This document shows positions 1 to 7,899 of a stretch of DNA of 64,000 bases, piece after piece (positions within the stretch are counted from its first letter, which is position 1; the number at the start of each line of letters is the position of its first letter). The position numbers were made by a program, and so were the translations under genes. The notes under the pieces are model-generated. The model was not told where the DNA came from, made no database searches, and saw nothing but the letters and a program-made list of their open reading frames with translations. Origin of the DNA: Eledone cirrhosa (taxonomy: Eukaryota); NCBI GenBank assembly GCA_964016885.1, contig OZ024741.1, positions 236,716,001 through 236,780,000 on the forward strand, read 5' to 3'.

Positions 1-2
1 AC

Positions 3-1229
3 TCGGTATCACCCATTGTGTCCCCCCGCTTCACCTTTTTCCCCACATACAGGGGAAAAAGGACACAAAGAATAAAAATAATGAGTATCACACCAAATAT
101 AAATATTTGGTGGATACTATGTTAAATCATTGACTTTGATGAAGACAAGATAATTTCAATAGGAAAGTCCTCCGGAGGTGTATTTGGTGGGACCAGCGTA
201 GAAGTTCTGGTGCAAATGAGCCCAGAACGAATAGCGAATATCCCACAACGCGTGCCTCTGGACGGGCTAACTTATATAAACATTTCAGTGGAGAGAAGGC
301 GGCCGTCATGTTACCACTGCTTAAGCAGGGGTCACCTGAGGGCTGCCTGTCCTCAATTAACGAGTAAAAAAAAAAAGGCTCTTCTGCCAACCCCGAACAC
401 AACAACACAACCACCACCACCACCTCCACCACTACCACCACCACCACCACCACCACCACCACCACCACCACCACCACAACAACAACAACAACAACAACAA
501 CAACACGGAAAAATAACAACACAAAACACTGTTCCACCCAACCCCTCTCCACCTAAAACAAATACAAAAGCAACGACAACAAAACCCCAAAATATACCCC
601 TCCCCAACAACACGGAAGAGGACTCCGTATCAACGTCACCCAGTGACGACGAGGGAGAACCCTTTCAACAGGTGAAAAGGGAAAAAAAGGCACTACATTA
701 ACAAAAATGCCACAAACACACAGCCACCAGCACAAACAGAACAAACATCACAAACAAAAAACCCCACCCCTCCCCAAAACATAACACATACTACAAAACG
801 CAAACACGCACAAGAACAACAACAAAAACAAACACAACACAACAAAAACTCTATACATACATTAACAAGAACAATAAAACTTTGATGAAAGCAATAGAAA
901 ATAACCCTTCGGTGGAAACCGAAGGGATCACTTTCACCTACGCAGCGAACAAACCGCACCTAATGATGATTAGGGTCCCAACGGAAACCTATGTAACTTT
1001 GAAAAAGAACCACCCAATGCATGTGGGGACCAACTGCACCAAACCACTTAACCACGTCCTATTGAGATGTTTCCCCACCCCCACACCAGACACCCACACC
1101 CCACCAAACACCCTAATCCCACCACACACTGATGTCCTCACCCCACCACAAACCACCACCCCACCAAACAACCCTTCCAACACCCCCATGGAAATTGTGC
1201 AGCCTGGTCCCCAGGAGACGAAGAGGTAA
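3..1229 (+). pseudogene. LINE ORF1 (gag-like nucleic-acid-binding protein with zinc knuckle), 5' incomplete, two premature stops
   Basis: Frame +3 reads continuously from base 3 to the TAA at 1227-1229, except for in-frame TAA codons at 123-125 and 699-701. This joins track ORFs 210..701 and 882..1229. It contains CYHCLSRGHLRAAC (C-X2-C-X4-H-X4-C) at about 309-350, followed by a Pro/Gln/Thr-rich linker. Confidence 0.85.
398..504 (+). repeat. Compound (CCA)n(CAA)n microsatellite inside ORF1 (poly-Pro then poly-Gln)
   Basis: Directly visible CCA and CAA runs, in frame with ORF1. Confidence 0.95.
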
Positions 1230-1271
1230 GTAATTTCCTTTCCTCTTCCTTTTTAACTCTTCCGCACCAAC

Positions 1272-4200
1272 ATGGCCAATATAAGAGTTGGATGTCCTGG
1301 AAACAGGGCAAACTCTAAAATGACCTCAGGTCGCACAGAGTGGATGTAATGGTTATTTGCGAGTCCAGGATCAGCAGCGAGCGCCAACTGGCCCCCATCT
1401 TCGACTACTTTAAGATCTACACATCTCTCTGTCAGCCGAGGGGTGGGAGTGGGGTTGTCGTTCTGCTGCGAAAATACCTGGGTCTTGCCACACAGAAGGT
1501 ACACCTGGACCCGGAGGGTCGACTGGTGGTTTTAGACGTCGGCAGTGGTGAAGGTGGAGCTTTCAGGCTGGTGGCAGCGTATGCCCCATCTGGGACACCG
1601 CGACCGGACTTCTTCCGACGCCTGGAGAATTTCCTGGGAACGTCTCGCTCCTTGCTTTTAGTGGGGGACTGGAATGGTATCCTGGATGCACGTTGGGACT
1701 ATGTAGGGGCATGTCCCGATAGAGGGGGGTGTAACAGCTTCAAACGATTAATCGGCCGATTTGATCTGGCCGATAGATATCGACTAGATTTTCCGACTGT
1801 GCCACTGTGGACGTGGACTAATCGATAGGTTCCTAGTTAGAAATAAGCATAGGGACATATTAAGCTGTCCACGAATGTTCATGGTTGACTATTCGGATCA
1901 CAAGTTGGTGACCGGAGTGGTCAACCTTGATAGAACTCATAGACAGGGACCCGGTTACTGGAAGCTAAACTTGTCTTTACCGACAAACAAAGCTTACAGT
2001 AAGCGGAATAGCACACTAGTTAAGCAACGTTTGACGGGGGCAATTGTCAACAGCAGATGGTGGGGCTCTCTCAAGAGTGAAATTAGAATAGAATCGATAG
2101 GTTTTAGTCGGGAATTAGCATTAGATAGGAATAGAACTGAAAGGGAATTAATAAATAGAGTAGAAGAGGCGATTAGGAGTGGCAACGTGGCCGGCGTGCT
2201 GGCGTCAAGAACGGCCCTAGACCAGTTCTTTGATGCGAAGCACGAGAGCTGCGTTGTCAGGAGTAAAATACGTGCTCTGGGTAACGAGGGAGCCAAAGCT
2301 GTTAGCTGGGCCCGAGTGACAGAGGCAAAAAGTGGAAACAAGTCCACGATTCGGTCTTTGAAGGACCAGGATGGACGCGTGATCCTTGAACCTGAGCGGA
2401 TGAGCGCGGCCTTTCAACGGCGCTTTGCACGACTGTTCGGGAGGGGCGGCGGGCCGGGTGGGGCCATGGATTTCGGTCCATACCTCGACGGTCTGGCGCG
2501 GCTCTCGGACGGGGAGGCGAAGTCCTACGAGAGGCCGATTTCAGCCGCTGAAATAGGAGTGCTGAGTCAATGCGACAGACGCAAATCTCCGGGTCTCGAT
2601 GGTCTACCATACGAACTTTATGTAGCGATGCCGGGCTTGTACTCCGGTCTCCTCGAGGCGGTCTACTGTAACTGGCAACAGAACGGGAGAATTCCCAGTT
2701 CTGTGACCAAGAGCGTAGTCACGCTGGTGAGGAAGGACGAGAACAAGGGGGATAACATAGATAACTTCAGGCCCATAACTCTGCTAAACACAGAGTTAAA
2801 GATTTTGGCCAAGGTGTTAGCGAAGAGGTTGGCGCTTGTCGTCGGGAACCTGGTGGGAGAAGCGCAGACATGCGCAATCCCGTCCAGGTCCATACACGAC
2901 AACCTCCACCTCATGCGATACATCGTAGAGAGGGTAGGGAACGAACCCGGCTTTGGTGGGGCCCTGATCAACTTGGATCAATCTAAAGCGTTCGATAGGG
3001 TTGACCATCGGTACCTGGATGCGGTGCTCGCGGCGGCAGGCTTCGGACCCGTTTTCAGGGGCTGGATTGCTGCAATGCACAGCAGCAACACCTGCTCGAG
3101 GGTCAAGGTGAACGGCTACCTCTCGGAGCCGTTCCAAATCACGCGATCCATTCGACAGGGATGCCCTCTCTCCTCCCTCCTGTATGTGCTGGCTCTCGAG
3201 CCACTACTGAGGAAGCTGGAGCTGTTGCAGGGCATCCCCTTGGAACCGGGATTGCGGAAAGCGGTGTCGGCCTACGCCGATGACGTGACAGTAATGGTGT
3301 CGTGCGCCTCGGAAATCGCGCAGATCGGCACCTTACTGGAGGAATATGAAAGGTTCACAGGAGCCAAGCTGAACCGGGACAAGTCCGTCGGTTTGCAACT
3401 CGGGACGTGGAGGGGCAAAACGATGCCCTCCGACGGTATCGTCGGACGCTTGACGGAGGGATCGGTGAAGCTGCTCGGGGTCTGGTTCGCACCGGACCTC
3501 CAGGTGGAGAAAAATTGGGACGAGGTAACGGGCAAGGTGTTTGCACTCGCCCAGAAGTGGGCCGAGTGCAAACTATCCCTGAAAGGTCGAGCGGAGGTGG
3601 CGAACGCTTATATAGCGTCCGTCATCTACTACCGCTTGACCGTCGTGCCTTGCCCAGAGAAAACACTCGCCAAAATGGAGCGCGCGCTCTTCTGATTTCT
3701 TTGGAAGAAGCGGGCTCCTTTGGTGAGAAGATCCATCTGCTGTCAACACCCTTCGAACGGAGGGCTGGGGATGCCGTGGCTGACGATGCGTAGACACGCA
3801 TTAAGGCTACGGCACCTCCAGGTATTCCTCACCGGTCAGCCGGTGTGGGCCCTATTTGTGAGGCGAGCCTTTCCGAGACTCGTCTCACTCACCGAGCTGC
3901 AATTCTGGGTCAATCAAAGACCGAGAAAAGTGGGCGACTGGCACATTGAATGTGCCCAGGCGCTCACGGCCCTCTGGCAAGCGGATCCGGCAATCAGTGG
4001 AAACTCAACCTCAACATTCTATAGAGGGTTGGTGCACAGTAAGTGCGACGATGCTCTCGGAGAGGCTCTGGGCATGGAGGAAGATGAGCTGGCCAGTCTG
4101 TTCGGTAGGACGTTTGGCCCGGGACAGATGGACAACTTCCAAAAGTCCCTGGCTTGGCAATGTTACCGAGGAGCTCTACCCGTTCGGGACAAGCTCTACA

Positions 4201-4655
4201 GACACGGGCGCCCGGGTAGGGACCCCTCGAAGAAGATCTGTCCGAGATGCGTGCGTGACGAGGAAACCGTCGCACACGCATTCGTACACTGCCCGGGCGT
4301 TGCTGACCTGTGGGGCTATGTGGAACGACTACTGTCGCGGGTGGGATCAATCCGGTTGACCACCGAGAACATTGTCATGATCAAACCGCCTCCCCTTTTC
4401 AAAAACGAAGGAGAGGCGGTTTTCCTCTGTGTGATAGCTATGGCGAAAGAAGTTGTATGGTGGACAAGGTTGAAAGGGCTGAGGTCAGACACCTTTCTCT
4501 CCGGCCAACAACTGGTCTTTTTTTTCAAGTACCACTTTAGAAGAAGGATCAGAATGGAGAGAGAGGTGCTCTACCCCAGCAAGTTTTATGAAAGGTGGGT
4601 GAAAGTAGCGAGAATGGCCCGAGTGAATGGGCCTTCTCTCTATATCAGCCTGTAG
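1272..4655 (+). pseudogene. LINE ORF2 (APE endonuclease, reverse transcriptase, zinc finger), disrupted
   Basis: The ATG at 1272 gives MANIRVGC. A frameshift near 1296-1320 leads into NDLRSHRVDVMVICESR...AYAP...VGDWNGILD...WTWTN (frame +2). A second frameshift near 1820 leads into IDRFLVR...DYSDHK (frame +3). The RT follows with YADD at 3273-3284, an in-frame TGA at 3693-3695 (ERALF*FLWKKRAPLVRR), then CPRC...ETVAHAFVHC and the stop at 4653-4655. Confidence 0.95.
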
Positions 4656-4717
4656 ATGAGAGAGGAGAAGAATGAGAAGAGGAAGGAAGCACCCGCTCTT
4701 TGTGCTCCTGAAGAGGA

Positions 4718-4751
4718 GGGTTGCACATTTTTTCGGGGGTGTGTGCGACCC
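4718..4751 (+). other. Predicted RNA stem-loop in the LINE 3' UTR
   Basis: GGGTTGCACA (4718-4727) pairs with TGTGCGACCC (4742-4751), giving 9 Watson-Crick pairs plus one G-U. The enclosed segment contains TTCG. Confidence 0.6.
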
Positions 4752-4880
4752 ATGTCAACGCCCCTCCCTATTGAGGACATCGATTGTTAAATTTAATTTG
4801 TTATGTTTTTTACACGTCTTTTTAAATGTATGTAAACTCCCCCCTTTGTATTTGTCCCAATCTTTGATGCCCTGGTGGCA

Positions 4881-4886
4881 AATAAA
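4881..4886 (+). promoter_or_regulatory. Putative polyadenylation signal of the LINE
   Basis: AATAAA about 225 bp after the ORF2 stop, following a T-rich UTR, at the point where the sequence switches to an unrelated CT/AT repeat. Confidence 0.55.
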
Positions 4887-4895
4887 TAGAAATTT

Positions 4896-5100
4896 ATATA
4901 TCAATTAACGCCAAACTCTCCCCCTCTGTATATCTACTATACGGAACTCTCTTCAAATTCCTCTCTCTATATATCAATAAATATCAATCTCTCCCCCTCT
5001 CTATATCTAATATACAACACACTCTCCCAACGTTTCTCTCTATATCAATTATCACCAAACACTCCCCCTCTCTATATCTATATCTATCTCTCCCATCTGT
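4896..5100. repeat. Degenerate ~72-bp tandem repeat (about 2.5-3 copies), CT/TA-rich
   Basis: The anchor TATATCAAT...CTCCCCCTCTSTATATCTA recurs, with TCAAT at 4901, 4974 and 5045 (periods 73 and 71). Confidence 0.7.
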
Positions 5101-5365
5101 CTCTATGTGCATAAATTGTAGCGCATATACAAATAGATGTGTTTTGGTAGTTTGGGGAGAAAAATATAATTATTTGTTGATGAATCATTATGTGGAAGCC
5201 ATTTTCCAACCTTAAAATGTTTTTAAAGATTTTCAATTTGCACGGGTCACTCGTATGGATAACATTGAAATGCTCACTGAGTTCCCAAGTCGTCAGGGCA
5301 AAAAGGTGCAACAACCGGTATAAGTACCAATGAATTTGGACAGCCCTTTCTTAGCTCAACGTTGA

Positions 5366-5387
5366 TGTGTGTATATGTGATATACAT

Positions 5388-5477
<90 letters not shown>
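5366..5477. repeat. (CA)n and (TA)n microsatellites
   Basis: Directly visible dinucleotide runs. The two TA tracts are separated by GTGGG. Confidence 0.95.
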
Positions 5478-5479
<2 letters not shown>

Positions 5480-5497
5480 TGCATTAGGTAACATCTG

Positions 5498-5532
<35 letters not shown>

Positions 5533-5540
5533 GTCTCTCC

Positions 5541-5574
<34 letters not shown>

Positions 5575-5643
5575 AGAGACAGAGAGAGAGAGAGAGAGAG
5601 AAGGAGAGAGAGAGAGAGAGAGACAGATGTTACCTAATGCAAT
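5478..5643. repeat. Near-perfect 166-bp palindrome (inverted duplication) centred on (TA)n
   Basis: The left arm ATTGCATTAGGTAACATCTGTC(TC)n...TGTCTCTCCCT is mirrored by AGGGAGAGACA(GA)n...GACAGATGTTACCTAATGCAAT, including the non-repetitive 22-bp ends. Confidence 0.95.
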
Positions 5644-5784
5644 TCGCTAACTGACATTGTTGAAACTTATGTTTGCCCGAAGGAGATAAAATTGTTTAAA
5701 TCATTTCCCTTCCAAAACTCACTGCTTAGTCATTTCACTGGCAGGGGGGAGTCGGCATGTTAGCTTTATGGAAAACACTTATAA

Positions 5785-6045
5785 ATGGCGGCGGTGGCGT
5801 TGTGGTTGTCGTTATTGTCGCTATTGTCGTTATTGTTATAGATGCTGTTGTTATAGTTGCTGTTGTTACTGTTGGTGGTGGTGGTGGTGGTGTAAAGGTG
5901 GTTGTAATTGTGATGGTCGTAGTGATGATTGTAAGAATGGTTGTAATGGCATAGGTGTGTTGGTGGTGGCAGCTGCGGTGGTGGTAATAGTGTTTGTAAT
6001 TTTAATGGGGGTGGTGGTGGTAGTGGTGGTGGTTATGTTTGGTGA
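5785..6045. repeat. Degenerate GGT/GTT/GTA trinucleotide low-complexity tract
   Basis: 3-bp periodic GT-rich sequence that yields spurious poly-Val and poly-Thr ORFs. Confidence 0.9.
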
Positions 6046-6384
6046 AGGATTATCCAAGGACATGATAAATACATCCCTCTCAAGTTGCAACTACTACCAC
6101 CACCTCCTTGGTGGTGATAGCTGCAACTGGGGAGGGAAATGTGAGGAAGGGAGAGAGTAGATAACAAATAGAATGAAGCAGAAAGATGTGTTGAGGTAGT
6201 AGTATATGTATGTATGGACCCGTAACTCCTGGCGGAGTCGCAGGGGTGCCGTAGTGTCACACAGCGTGTCTTCGGCATTTAAATATTTAAACCTGGCGAA
6301 GACCATTCCTCTCCAGGTTTGAACACAACCGGTTTTTTCCTCAGAAAGAGAGAGAGAGGGGGAGAAAAGGGAGGAGAGATGAAA

Positions 6385-6475
6385 AATCAACCCAAGTACC
6401 AAACTGCAACTTTTTTTTATCGACTTCGAAAAGAAGAAAGGCAAAGTTGACCTCGGTGGGTTTTGAACATAGAGC
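6385..6475 (-). mobile_element. Degenerate fragment of a tRNA-derived SINE
   Basis: The minus strand reads GTTCAAAACCCACCGAGGTCAACTTTGCCTTTCTTCTTTTCGAAGTCGATAAA...GTACTTGGGTTGA. This is a B-box-like GTTCRANNC followed by a body that resembles, from my recall, an abundant octopus SINE. Not verified by search; no A box recognised. Confidence 0.55.
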
Positions 6476-7899
6476 TTCCTGACATAAACCCACAGATGAG
6501 CAACACATGGACAGGAACGAACATCACGAATTAGACTATCACTTTCGGCACAACTCCTTCTGGATAACACATTCGAAATTTTATCCGCAGGGACTATGAA
6601 GCAACATCCACCTAAGGTTTTTGCCCTTTATAGTGACAGTACGGAAGAACAATTCTTTAATGGTAACCATTTCTTTAGTGGCCATAACCAGTAATGACCA
6701 GTTCTTGTATCGTCACTCTCATCCGCCCCCCCCCCTAACTTCGAGTCGAAAAGATTATTCATTTTTCAACGTAAATCATCGGATGAAAATTCGCATTCGG
6801 TTAAAGTTGTGGATTTAGTATGACTGTTAAGACACACACACTTGATTCACTACTATGTAGTCAATAGTATGACTGTTAAGACACACACACTTGATTCACT
6901 ACTATGTAGTCAATAGTATGACTGTTAACACACACACTTGATTCACTGCTATGTAGTCAATAGTATGAATGTTAACACACACACACTTGCTTCACTGCTA
7001 TGTAGTCAATAGTATGACTGTTAACTCTACACACTTGATTCACTGCTATGTAGTCAATAGTATGACTGTTAACACACACACACTTGATTCACTGCTATGT
7101 AGTCAATAGTATGACTGTTAACACACACACACTTGATTCACTGCTATGTAGTCAATAGTATGGCTGTTAACACACACACACTTGATTCACTGCTATGTAG
7201 TCAATAGTTTGACTGTTAACACACACACACTTGATTCGCTGCTATGTAGTCAATAGTATGACTGTTAACACACACACTTGATTCACTGCTATGTAGTCAA
7301 TAGTATGAATGTTAACACACACACTTGATTCACTACTATGTAGTCAATAGTATGACTGTTAACACACACACTTGATTCACTGCTATGTAGTCAATAGTAT
7401 GAATGTTAACACACACACACTTGCTTCACTGCTATGTAGTCAATAGTATGACTGTTAACTCTACACACTTGATTCACTGCTATGTAGTCAATAGTATGAC
7501 TGTTAACACACACACACTTGATTCACTGCTATGTAGTCAATAGTTTGACTGTTAACACACACACACTTGATTCGCTGCTATGTAGTCAATAGTATGACTG
7601 TTAACACACACACACTTGATTCACTGCTATGTAGTCAATAGTATGACTGTTAACACACACACACTTGATTCACTGCTATGTAGTCAATAGTATGATTGTT
7701 AACACACACACACTTGATTCACTGCTATGTAGTCAATAGTATGACTGTTAACACACACACACTTGATTCACTGCTATGTAGTCAATAGTATGACTGTTAA
7801 CACACACTTGATTCACTGCTATGTAGTCAATAGTATGACTGTTAACACACACACACTTGATTCACTGCTATGTAGTCAATAGTTTGACTGTTAACACAC

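Larger units (their letters stand above)
1..4890 (+). mobile_element. Non-LTR retrotransposon (LINE), L1/Tx1 clade, degenerate copy whose 5' end lies outside the window
   Basis: Two-ORF layout: a gag-like ORF1 with a CCHC knuckle, then ORF2 with APE endonuclease, RT and C-terminal zinc finger, then a 3' UTR with AATAAA at 4881-4886. The motifs SDHK, GPGYWKLN, KSPGLDGLP, FRPITLLN, LDQSKAFDRVDH, IRQGCPLS and YADD are typical of L1/Tx1 ORF2. Confidence 0.95.

Noticed and set aside
1875-3695. Intact stand-alone reverse transcriptase gene (retron, DGR, group II intron or telomerase-like) functionally linked to the repeat array
   Set aside because: It is the middle fragment of a broken LINE ORF2, flanked by endonuclease and zinc-finger remnants. 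I saw no sequence similarity between the element and the satellite monomer that would suggest a template relationship.
127-4528. Minus-strand and alternate-frame ORFs overlapping the LINE
   Set aside because: They are shadow ORFs of low-complexity or GC-rich coding DNA, with no recognisable domains.
4887-4910. Target-site duplication or poly(A) tail of the LINE
   Set aside because: No A tail is visible, and the 5' junction is outside the window, so a TSD cannot be assessed.
5274-6278. ORFs rich in YI, SL, RE, poly-Val, poly-Thr or Cys
   Set aside because: They are translations of dinucleotide and trinucleotide simple repeats.
6288-6320. Short inverted repeat AAACCTGG...CCAGGTTT
   Set aside because: An isolated 8-bp stem with no supporting context is compatible with chance.
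6094-6818. 158-aa minus-strand ORF and 65-aa plus-strand ORF
   Set aside because: Both have non-ATG starts and no recognisable motif, and the longer one runs through a SINE remnant and a GA tract.
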